DNA of 64,000 nt. It comes from an uncultured Candidatus Saccharibacteria bacterium. Its GTDB lineage: Bacteria; Patescibacteriota; Saccharimonadia; Saccharimonadales; Saccharimonadaceae. Below the pieces are notes generated by a model, which saw only the letters and a program-made list of their open reading frames with translations, did no database searches and was not told where the DNA came from. The DNA is taken from positions 7,031-71,030 of the forward strand of contig CAZIEB010000001.1 in assembly GCA_964538665.1 (NCBI GenBank). Direction: 5' to 3'. This document shows positions 26,101-35,491 of the stretch, piece after piece (the stretch's first letter is position 1; each line of letters begins with the position of its first letter). Both the position numbers and the translations under genes were made by a program.

Positions 26101-26315
26101 CCATCTTGGTATATCTTAAATTGGACATTGTAATAACCGTCTGGAACAGTAGCACCAGACGCAGTAAATAGCCGCCCTTGAAAATTGATCGTTTGATTTA
26201 TTCCAGGAGCAGCAGATGATGTCGTAGACCATACGCCACTTAGAGCAACACTACTCATAACGAGCAGTACTACGATAGCAGAGAATAGACGCCGTGGTGA
26301 CACGCCCGAGAACAT
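23136..26315 (-). CDS. Secreted 1059-aa surface protein: tail-fibre-like N-terminal module, Gly/Ser/Thr-rich beta region and two CBM4/9-like jelly-roll modules
   Basis: Signal peptide ...VALSGVWSTTSSAAPG. INFQGRLFTASGATVPDGYYNVQFKIYQDG...LLWTE...NGFMSVELG resembles the N-termini of tail-fibre-domain proteins. Two roughly 150-aa modules end FFIDNLSITIA and FNVDAFTMTL. Confidence 0.75.
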   Translation of the reverse strand: MFSGVSPRRLFSAIVVLLVMSSVALSGVWSTTSSAAPGINQTINFQGRLFTASGATVPDGYYNVQFKIYQDGTGTAVGNPGGTLLWTEDHINSASQGVLVRNGFMSVELGSVTAFGSSIDWNQDTLWLSMNIGNTNVSCTPFSSCGGDGEMVPMKRLSAVPYAMNALQLGGKTAGDFIQNQNASVQTAANFWIGGTARVDSGLLTPVIDTATGANLSIGLTNATGVTIGNSSGSASLVLSATQITLGVASSPTTLQAASQTSADTQGSALSIQGASGNGTGNGGNVSVQGGNAGGSAQYGGNLTLSGGSGNVSNGLVILGTAAYQTIGNDASCFPGGAETTTTSNCTIQQSSVNNNGSVIVGFTNDGQTAFMPNPTITTAGRIVYITASNATKDFQLSINGGGQGNLVAMRKNSSATMVWNGSAWTVSGASSSTTLQAAYDNTLQSAGGAELVVSKTSATNGLTIRDSSIDPVNGTLLSVQSSSAAGLLSVNSNVTEYVSNGGAETAGTSSTTFPANTWSALSGASVTRYTTPGNFIATGQGSVSVATSTSINSGVANRLKAQLSPNMMYNVSFTTRLASGTFTDMEVYYSADGTSANAQCATAKAAITSIWTKINCSFTAPSGGITANNSLMIRQASAGTARTFFIDNLSITIAADFNYATDGSVLDGDNFATNWLYAGLGTGSVTRSTTDGEDASDSARVSISAGAANAGIRNKLSLNPLPSTLYRITAYAKVASGTFNDFKIRYSRDGSTTAGGNYIDCVDYNTRSISTSQWTKVTCFIQTDATVATNPHVYFVGEASAARTFNVDAFTMTLTTNTAPNVQIGGGENGGPTTLLTLDKAASAPIAINNDALLGSMYYDTTLGKLQCYEADGWGACGSSPNTVVTIAPEFTNAVLHGTGIGTMVSDLCSDTLNINDGTSGQPDVCGTNETYNFYRWSSPQPSAQTYSVYVTYQLPATFKTFESGTTSIMGLTDSANSTVEYQVYKNDQASGLTTCGPLVQVSSGAVASWQTGLATGTADPSTCGFAPGNSIVFRINVTASQNSNAYIGNLNFIFSNR

Positions 26316-26485
26316 GGTGGAACAAGCCCCTTTTTTGTATTTGTATATGTTTTAACACTCAAAAAATATGAGTGATATGTGCATAAGGTACATGTGGTGG
26401 GGTGTTAGATAAACGCTTTTTTTGTTTTGTCTCTCGTTATCTACGGGTAATAATACTCGTTCTTTTGTAAAAAAGCAAGAGCTTT

Positions 26486-27445
26486 TTAGGTGACGAGTTG
26501 CCCGCGAACTCGGAGTATGTGTTTTTCGCGTTTTTCACCAAGCCAAAAACTTATCACCGCTGTGATAATCGCCGCATAGAGTGGCCATATGACGAGTAGG
26601 ATATGTCGCTGTGTCGTGGTGCTCTCAGCGACCGCAGCATCTGGTTGGCCATTGACGATGGCTGCGACCGTCATGAACGCGACTCGTCCATCAGCATCAC
26701 TCGCTTGGATAGTTATCTGGTATATGCCAGGTTTTTTATACGTGTGCGGTACCGAAAATCCAATATTATCACCGCGTGAGACGACAGAGTTTTCTGAGTC
26801 TCCCCACTGTACATTGACGGCATACGGTGGACGGCCGCCGATGAGATCAATCCGTAGAAGCATTTCTTGATCAGGAAACATGCCTCGATATACTGCGTCG
26901 GTATTGATAAGGAGTTGTGCTGCGCCGAAATCAAACGATGCGATAGGCCCGGCTTGCGTTGGAAGTGCGTCATAAAAGACGGTGACGATGTTTGAGTCTG
27001 GGCCTGGTTGATTGAGCGCATCATAGACGCGCGCGATGAGCCTATTCTCGCCGATAAGTAAGTCTATCTGCACTGAGTATGTACCGGTGCTACTACACGG
27101 AGTCGAGCCGGCAAAAATGTCATTTTTGAATATTTCAACTAGAGTATTTGGTGGACACGTACCCGTGACCTCTATCGGGGTTTCGATAAATCGCTGCCCA
27201 GTCGTCGGCGTGACGATAGTTGCGCCCGTCGTCGGTGGTTTTCCCGGCACAACTCCGGTGAGACCGACAGAGCCTGATTCTGGCCCATCGTATGGCGTCG
27301 CCGCACGGGTGACAGAATTGATAGTAAACATGACTAATACCACACCTATAACTGTAAGGATGATGCCTAGCATCCGGTAGGGTATCTGCTTTTGAGGTGT
27401 GTGTGTGTTTGTATGGCGTGGATGCAACGATTTGCGAGCCATCAT
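26486..27445 (-). CDS. Membrane protein with Ig-like and PKD-like domains
   Basis: N-terminal TM, then an Ig-like region. PKD-like PYAVNVQWGDSENS...HTYKKPGIYQITIQASDADG, then a C-terminal TM. Confidence 0.6.
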   Translation of the reverse strand: MMARKSLHPRHTNTHTPQKQIPYRMLGIILTVIGVVLVMFTINSVTRAATPYDGPESGSVGLTGVVPGKPPTTGATIVTPTTGQRFIETPIEVTGTCPPNTLVEIFKNDIFAGSTPCSSTGTYSVQIDLLIGENRLIARVYDALNQPGPDSNIVTVFYDALPTQAGPIASFDFGAAQLLINTDAVYRGMFPDQEMLLRIDLIGGRPPYAVNVQWGDSENSVVSRGDNIGFSVPHTYKKPGIYQITIQASDADGRVAFMTVAAIVNGQPDAAVAESTTTQRHILLVIWPLYAAIITAVISFWLGEKREKHILRVRGQLVT

Positions 27446-27451
27446 GCCATC

Positions 27452-27460
27452 AGTATAGCA
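27452..27460 (-). promoter_or_regulatory. Extended -10 (TGcTATACT within GCTCATGCTATACT), 6 nt upstream of ATG 27445
   Basis: Reverse complement of agtatagca, read directly. Confidence 0.45.
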
Positions 27461-27473
27461 TGAGCGTTACGGA

Positions 27474-28472
27474 TTAGCGACGACGCCGGCCACGGCTCTG
27501 GCTGAGCAAGCGATCATTGTATCGCTTGATAGCAATTCTCAGGATAAAGAAGAGTGCGACGAGGCCGAGGAGTATGCCGGCAATTAGCTTATACGGGATG
27601 ACCCAAAAACTTAGCTGTGAGGTCATTGTTTGACGGTTTTCGGCTGAGCCATAGGTAATTTCGAGATCGGCTGTGTAGCGACCAAATAACATTCGATTGC
27701 CAATTACGGTTTCATCGAGAGGTTGCTCGAATTTACGTGTGCTTCCAGGAAGAACATTACGGTTTTCGAGGTTGACATTGAGATTGGCTATCTTTTGGCC
27801 AAACATGTCTTTGATGCTGATTTGACCTCGTGGCTGTTCGTGTACATTACCCTCATTCTTGAGTCGCTCATAGAACATGATTGGAGCTGATTCGAATACC
27901 CACGAGCGGTTCTGGTCTTTTTCGACATAGAATTCCTCCACACTCATTGCTTCTTTGGCGTCTCCGTTGACCCTCAAAAGTACCAAAGTACCAAGACTTG
28001 CAGAGAGCGAAACACCAGTGCCGGATAGCTCAGGCGCTTCGGCAGTAAAGCGAATTACGCCGAAGTAACCGCCCGGTGCAGCGTTCGCCGGGATAGCGAT
28101 ATTAACAGTCAATTCTTCAATCTGACGAGGTTCTAGGGTGATTTCAGGTAGTGGCGAAATCCAGCTTTTGATAGAGTAGGGACTCTCTTCACCTTCCTCA
28201 ACCAAGATCTTAGGCGTGCCATCTTCTCCGGCAGCGACAAAGTCATTGATTTCATTTCGGACCAACAATCGCACCGGACTAATGTCACGTAGGCTAATTC
28301 GAGCTTCTACAGTCTCTCCAGGATTACCGCGTATGTCGAGTACTGGCGGTGCAATTTCAAGTGCTTGTCCGTTTCCTTGCTGAGGAGCTGATTGGCTCTG
28401 TGCAGAGACTGCAACGCTAGCGAGAGCCAGGAGTGCGATGCTACTAATCAAAATTCCGAGTATCTGCTTCAT
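27474..28472 (-). CDS. DUF916/DUF3324-like two-domain cell-surface protein with a C-terminal TM anchor
   Basis: Signal peptide, then two Ig-like-sized beta domains (…PGETVEARISLRD…; …IPANAAPGGYFGVIRF…), a C-terminal TM and an RGRRRR tail. The architecture resembles CscA-type proteins of WxL loci. It sits 3 nt downstream of the preceding paralog. Confidence 0.45.
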   Translation of the reverse strand: MKQILGILISSIALLALASVAVSAQSQSAPQQGNGQALEIAPPVLDIRGNPGETVEARISLRDISPVRLLVRNEINDFVAAGEDGTPKILVEEGEESPYSIKSWISPLPEITLEPRQIEELTVNIAIPANAAPGGYFGVIRFTAEAPELSGTGVSLSASLGTLVLLRVNGDAKEAMSVEEFYVEKDQNRSWVFESAPIMFYERLKNEGNVHEQPRGQISIKDMFGQKIANLNVNLENRNVLPGSTRKFEQPLDETVIGNRMLFGRYTADLEITYGSAENRQTMTSQLSFWVIPYKLIAGILLGLVALFFILRIAIKRYNDRLLSQSRGRRRR

Positions 28473-28475
28473 ATG

Positions 28476-29606
28476 CTAAAACAAGGCGGTACAGATGTAC
28501 GTTAGCGTGGTGGTATACGTACCAGGGGGCTGAACACCAGACACATTGACGATATATGAGGCGGTATAAATCTGTGAGTTAGTAGGTCCAGGGCTTGTGC
28601 CAACAGTACCAAGTGCGCCACCGGAGCTGGCGCTGTTGGCGACGGTCTCACCACTAACAAATTTGAACTGATCAACGGTCTGATAGCCTGTATTGGCTTG
28701 TGCTTTGAGGTCGGTACCATTTGACGCGGGCGACACCTCGGCACCAAAGGCCGGCGTTGAAGTCGCAACAGTGTTTGCACGAAGATTCATGCCGAACTCG
28801 CTTGTTCCGGGCGAGCCAGCGGCTTGTGTGGCCTTTGCGGGTATAGTGTTGCTTCCACTAGTCAGTGCGGGCCCGTTGACCGAAATTGTATAGCCTCTCT
28901 CAGCATTGGTGCTCGCAGCCATCTGAGATGTGGCAACGGCAGTATCTGTTGGCGAGAATAGTCGGTCGAACTCTATCGCTCCGGGCGTACTACTCGTACA
29001 GTTTGCGGCAACGGTCTCTCCTGTACAAAATATCAATGATTCTGGCATAACTCCACTGAGCACAATTTGCTCAGCGGTGCTAGCGGCGACGGTACCGTTG
29101 TCTACTGCACCTGTTGCACCATCTGTGCCTGTATAGGTGGTAATACGTACATAAAATGACTCATTGACAGTAGTTGGGTTTGTGACACCGAGTAGTTGGT
29201 AGGACAGTGCTGCTCCTGCTGTCACGCTGGCAGCGGTACGAGTGATGTACGGAGATCCGTTTGTGGTGTTGTTGAGCGTAAATCCAGTTGCACCAGACTG
29301 TGTACCCATAGTCGCGCTCGTTGTGACGAGGCCAGTCGGTGTCGTACATGTGCCTCCAGCTTCAGTACAGTATTCAAACCGTATCGATCCGATATTGCCG
29401 TTACCGACATTTGGGACAGTAAATTCATAGAAGTGGTTGACGTTACCACCGGCGAGTGAGCCGCCGTCGCCGCCCGCACCCTGCTGTAGCGTCAGTGAAC
29501 GAAGTGTTATTTGAGCAGCGGTCGCATTTCGCGACAGCATCAATGGGCTTGCTACCATCAAGAATAGCAGCAAAGCTGATAGGAACACCCTTCCACTTCG
29601 TCTCAT
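28476..29606 (-). CDS. Secreted beta-rich two-domain surface protein, paralog A2 (WxL-like C-terminal domain with Y in place of W)
   Basis: Signal peptide ...SRNATAAQ. Highly similar to 29861..31009. C-terminal domain motifs RGYTISVNGPALTSGSNTI and GTYTTTLTYICTALF. Confidence 0.7.
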   Translation of the reverse strand: MRRSGRVFLSALLLFLMVASPLMLSRNATAAQITLRSLTLQQGAGGDGGSLAGGNVNHFYEFTVPNVGNGNIGSIRFEYCTEAGGTCTTPTGLVTTSATMGTQSGATGFTLNNTTNGSPYITRTAASVTAGAALSYQLLGVTNPTTVNESFYVRITTYTGTDGATGAVDNGTVAASTAEQIVLSGVMPESLIFCTGETVAANCTSSTPGAIEFDRLFSPTDTAVATSQMAASTNAERGYTISVNGPALTSGSNTIPAKATQAAGSPGTSEFGMNLRANTVATSTPAFGAEVSPASNGTDLKAQANTGYQTVDQFKFVSGETVANSASSGGALGTVGTSPGPTNSQIYTASYIVNVSGVQPPGTYTTTLTYICTALF

Positions 29607-29613
29607 ACCTGTG

Positions 29614-29643
29614 ATTGTAGCATGAGCTTTTTAGGGGCGTCAA
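29614..29643 (-). promoter_or_regulatory. Promoter of paralog A2 (leaderless-type)
   Basis: Minus strand: TTGACG, 18 nt, TACAAT (within GCTCATGCTACAAT), then 7 nt to ATG 29606. Confidence 0.55.
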
Positions 29644-29860
29644 CAAATAATCCTCGCAGAAAGTACCATTTGCGCGATCAGTGAGTGTATCTGCGGTAAT
29701 TGATATAGCTTTAGAAGTCTAGTGTGATGCGGTCATGCTCAACTAAAAAGTCCTCCTCTCGGGTGTGTAGTATGGTTCGCAACACCGCCAGATACTGTCA
29801 GTGAAGACAGTATGTATGGCAGGTGTGTGGTGGATAACTTTCTATACATAGTAGAGTGAA

Positions 29861-31009
29861 TCAGAATGTTGCGGTACAGATGTATGTCAGTGTCGAGGTG
29901 TAGGTACCGGCAGGTTGGCTACCTGGGACATTTGCGATGTAGGCGACAGTAAATATCTGTGCGTCACTTGGACCGGCTGCGGTATTATCACTCGCGGCTA
30001 CAGTGTCACCCGACGTAAACTTATATTGCTCAGGTGTATCATAGCCAGTTGATGCCTGTCCGCGGTAGTTTGTGCCGTTCGGCGCAGGTGCTACTTCAAG
30101 GCCTACTGTAGGAGTAGTGATGTTTGCTTTGAGGTTGAGACCAAACTGTGCGGTACCAGGAACTGATATGCCGGCGGTATTCATACCAGCGATAGTGTTA
30201 GATCCTGAGGTGAGGGTTGGTCCGTTGACCGTGATGGCATAGCCCGCCCCCGCGTTGGTACTTGCAGCCATTTGGGATTGTGATATCGCAGTTGCCGTTG
30301 GCGAAAACAGCTGGTTGAAAGCGATAGTACCATCAGTTGCCGTCGAACAGTCAGGGACAGTACTTGTCGCGATATCGAGGCCAATTGTTTCGCCTGTGCA
30401 GAAGACGAGCGATTCGGGCATGACTCCGCTAAGGATGATAGGTTCGGCAGTGCTTGCGGCTACCGTACCGTTATCTTGAGGAATACCAGTGGCGGTTGTG
30501 TTTGCGTAGGTTAATATACGTACGAAGAAAGTCTTATTGGTATCGGGAACAGTTGGGCCATAGACTGGGTTGGTGATGCCGAGCAATTGATACGAGACCG
30601 CGCCTGATGCTGCGGCAGCCGTGCGAGTAAGATAAGGAGCACCGTTTGTTGTGGCATTGAGAGTAAAACCAGTTGCACCAGATTGAGTTCCCATTGTGGC
30701 GCTGGTCGTTACAAGTCCTGTTGGAGTAACACACGTCCCTAACCCGACGTCAGCTGCTGTTTCACAGTATTCAAACTTTATTGAACCGACTGTATTCGCG
30801 GGTAGGGTAAAGTTGAATAGGTGGTTAACGACGCCTCCAGGCTCTGATCCGCCGTCAGTGGCACCTGCTTGAAGAGTCAGGCTACGATTCGTAATTTGCG
30901 CGGCCGAGACCGGTGTATTCAGGAAAAATGGGCTAGCCGCCACTAATAATGCAAGCGCAACAAGCGACAAGCGCGAAACGATACGGTGAAATGTTTGTGG
31001 TGTTTTCAT
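29861..31009 (-). CDS. Secreted beta-rich two-domain surface protein, paralog A1
   Basis: Signal peptide ...NTPVSAAQ. Shares a 24-aa identical block TPTGLVTTSATMGTQSGATGFTLN with A2. The C-terminus is GTYTSTLTYICTATF. Confidence 0.7.
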   Translation of the reverse strand: MKTPQTFHRIVSRLSLVALALLVAASPFFLNTPVSAAQITNRSLTLQAGATDGGSEPGGVVNHLFNFTLPANTVGSIKFEYCETAADVGLGTCVTPTGLVTTSATMGTQSGATGFTLNATTNGAPYLTRTAAAASGAVSYQLLGITNPVYGPTVPDTNKTFFVRILTYANTTATGIPQDNGTVAASTAEPIILSGVMPESLVFCTGETIGLDIATSTVPDCSTATDGTIAFNQLFSPTATAISQSQMAASTNAGAGYAITVNGPTLTSGSNTIAGMNTAGISVPGTAQFGLNLKANITTPTVGLEVAPAPNGTNYRGQASTGYDTPEQYKFTSGDTVAASDNTAAGPSDAQIFTVAYIANVPGSQPAGTYTSTLTYICTATF

Positions 31010-31047
31010 GTGGTGGTTGTGTTTATTTTTTGAGGTGCTTTAGCCAC

Positions 31048-31077
31048 ACTGTAGCATGAGCATTTTGGCCATGTCAA
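31048..31077 (-). promoter_or_regulatory. Promoter of paralog A1
   Basis: Minus strand: TTGACA, 18 nt, TACAGT (within GCTCATGCTACAGT). The leader is about 30 nt with no SD. Confidence 0.55.
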
Positions 31078-31115
31078 CAATAATATGTATGAAAACTGTG
31101 GATAAGTCGTACTAT

Positions 31116-31847
31116 TCAGTATGTACCGGTCACGATAAGTGTTTGGTTGCTGCTGTATATCCCTCCCGGGGTGAGCTGTGCAACGTTAGCTATGTAGCTG
31201 ATAGTGTAGGTCGTCTGTCCAGAATTTTTATCGGCATAAGCGATAGTCTCACCGCTGACGTAGCGAAATTCGTTTGGTGTAGCATAGTTTGGTGCAATCA
31301 AGCCAAAGCCAAAATCACCGTTATTGAGATTTGAACCGAAAGATACCGGGACAGTATTTGCCACGAGGTTGATACCAAACTGTTCGACGCCAACTTGCGG
31401 TGTGGTGGTCGCGGACATTGCATCAATTGTCGAATTACTATTTGTGAGCGATGACCCTACCAGTTGGACTACATAGCCATATGTCGTGTAGTTTGAAACA
31501 CGAAACGATGCGGTCGCGGTAAGGGTGCTTGTTGGGCTAAAGGTTCCGAAATTTGCTGCACTCGTCAAGACCTCGAATGATAGGGCTGGATCAGGTGACG
31601 TATTGGTACCTGAATCAAGTTGGAAGTTTGCGCTCTGGGAGTTTCCGATTGCGATGTCACCTGTCGCGCCACGTGCCTCAAAATTTGAAGAGCTAGACTG
31701 CAGCATCCCACCAGTGCCTATGACCCCTTCATCAAACCGGTAATTGGGTGACTGTAATGACTGCGCAAACAGAGGAATAGGGAAGAATAATGCCCCGATG
31801 ACAGCTATTACACTCAAAACAATGACAAAACTCCGTGCCATAAGCAT
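31116..31847 (-). CDS. Shorter paralog (C-terminal domain type) of the A1/A2 surface proteins
   Basis: Signal peptide ...PIPLFAQS. YGYVVQLVGSSLTNSNSTI, EQFGINLVANT and the C-terminus GGIYSSNQTLIVTGTY parallel A1/A2. The start could be ATG 31847, ATG 31841 or TTG 31877. Confidence 0.6.
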   Translation of the reverse strand: MLMARSFVIVLSVIAVIGALFFPIPLFAQSLQSPNYRFDEGVIGTGGMLQSSSSNFEARGATGDIAIGNSQSANFQLDSGTNTSPDPALSFEVLTSAANFGTFSPTSTLTATASFRVSNYTTYGYVVQLVGSSLTNSNSTIDAMSATTTPQVGVEQFGINLVANTVPVSFGSNLNNGDFGFGLIAPNYATPNEFRYVSGETIAYADKNSGQTTYTISYIANVAQLTPGGIYSSNQTLIVTGTY

Positions 31848-31933
31848 TATTGTCACGTGTTGGCCGTCATTTTGCAAGTTGCGGTATCAGTACATAAGCG
31901 GTATAGTTACTATGGATACAATAAGACAAACAT

Positions 31934-32938
31934 ATGGATAGCACACAAAGTTCGGGGCCAAAACCCGAAGAACTCAAACCAGTAGAGGCGCCGGCGTCAC
32001 AGTCGGCTGCGCCGTCAATGAAGTCTGGCTATAAGTCTCGTCGAATTGCCTATCGTCCGACAAAACGAGCGACGTTTATCGGTATTGCGGTGATAATCGG
32101 TCTATTGGTCGCGCTCAGTGTTGGATTGTTCTTCCTCGTCAGGGGGCAGGGTGGTTTGCAGTCAGCGTTGTTTGGGGATCAAGTAGTGATAGACCCGGGG
32201 AGTCTCGAGTCACTAGGCGTGAGCCGCAATCAAGTCAGTACTCAAGGCGCTGAACTAATCATTGGGCCAAGTACTCGTTTCAATGGAAAAGTACAGTTGG
32301 GCGGTGACGTCAGCGTGGCGGGACAACTCCAGCTCAACAACGCACTGTCGGCCAGCTCGGCCAATCTCGGCAACGTCCAGGCTGCAAATGTATCGCTGGG
32401 GCAATTTACTGCCAGCGGCAATGGTACGGTCGGGACACTAAATGCTCGTCAGGACCTCAATGTTGCTGGTACGACTCGATTGCAGGGACCGGTTGCGATT
32501 GGTCAGCTGTTGACGGTAAACAACAACTTAAACGTTGCGGGCAACGTTGCGGTCGGTGGCACGCTCAGTGTGCGGAATTTTCAGGCCAGTAGCTTGACGT
32601 CTGATACGACATTGACAATAGGTGGTCACGTGATTACTCGAGGCGCTGCACCGGGTGTAAGCGCTGGTGGTGCAGTTGGTAGCAATGGGACCGTATCGAT
32701 CAGCGGCAATGATGCATCGGGTACGGTTGCGGTAAACACAGGCACTGGTGCGGGCAATGGTATCGTGGCGCAGGTGTCATTCACGCGTGCGTACTCATCA
32801 ACTCCACATGTTGTGATTACGCCTGTTGGCATTGGCGTAAAGTTTTTTGTCAATCGTAGCCCCAGCGGTTTTTCGATTGGGGTCAGTGAAGGTATGCCGC
32901 CAGGCGGGTTTGCCTTTGACTACATCGTCATGCAGTAG
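31934..32938 (+). CDS. Membrane-anchored protein with a beta-helix-like repeat region and an H-type-lectin-like C-terminus
   Basis: Cytoplasmic basic N-terminus and one TM. Repeats of the type G(D/N)V(S/A)V(A/G)G.L.V. The C-terminus is VAQVSFTRAYSSTPHVVITPVG...NRSPSGFSIGV...FDYIVMQ. Confidence 0.5.
   Translation: MDSTQSSGPKPEELKPVEAPASQSAAPSMKSGYKSRRIAYRPTKRATFIGIAVIIGLLVALSVGLFFLVRGQGGLQSALFGDQVVIDPGSLESLGVSRNQVSTQGAELIIGPSTRFNGKVQLGGDVSVAGQLQLNNALSASSANLGNVQAANVSLGQFTASGNGTVGTLNARQDLNVAGTTRLQGPVAIGQLLTVNNNLNVAGNVAVGGTLSVRNFQASSLTSDTTLTIGGHVITRGAAPGVSAGGAVGSNGTVSISGNDASGTVAVNTGTGAGNGIVAQVSFTRAYSSTPHVVITPVGIGVKFFVNRSPSGFSIGVSEGMPPGGFAFDYIVMQ

Positions 32939-35490
<2,552 letters not shown>

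Positions 35491-35491
<1 letters not shown>

Noticed and set aside
31934-32938. Bactofilin (cytoskeletal) assignment for the beta-helix-like repeat protein
   Set aside because: The repeats follow a TM helix and so are predicted to be extracytoplasmic, and a lectin-like C-terminus is attached. The topology does not fit a cytoplasmic bactofilin.
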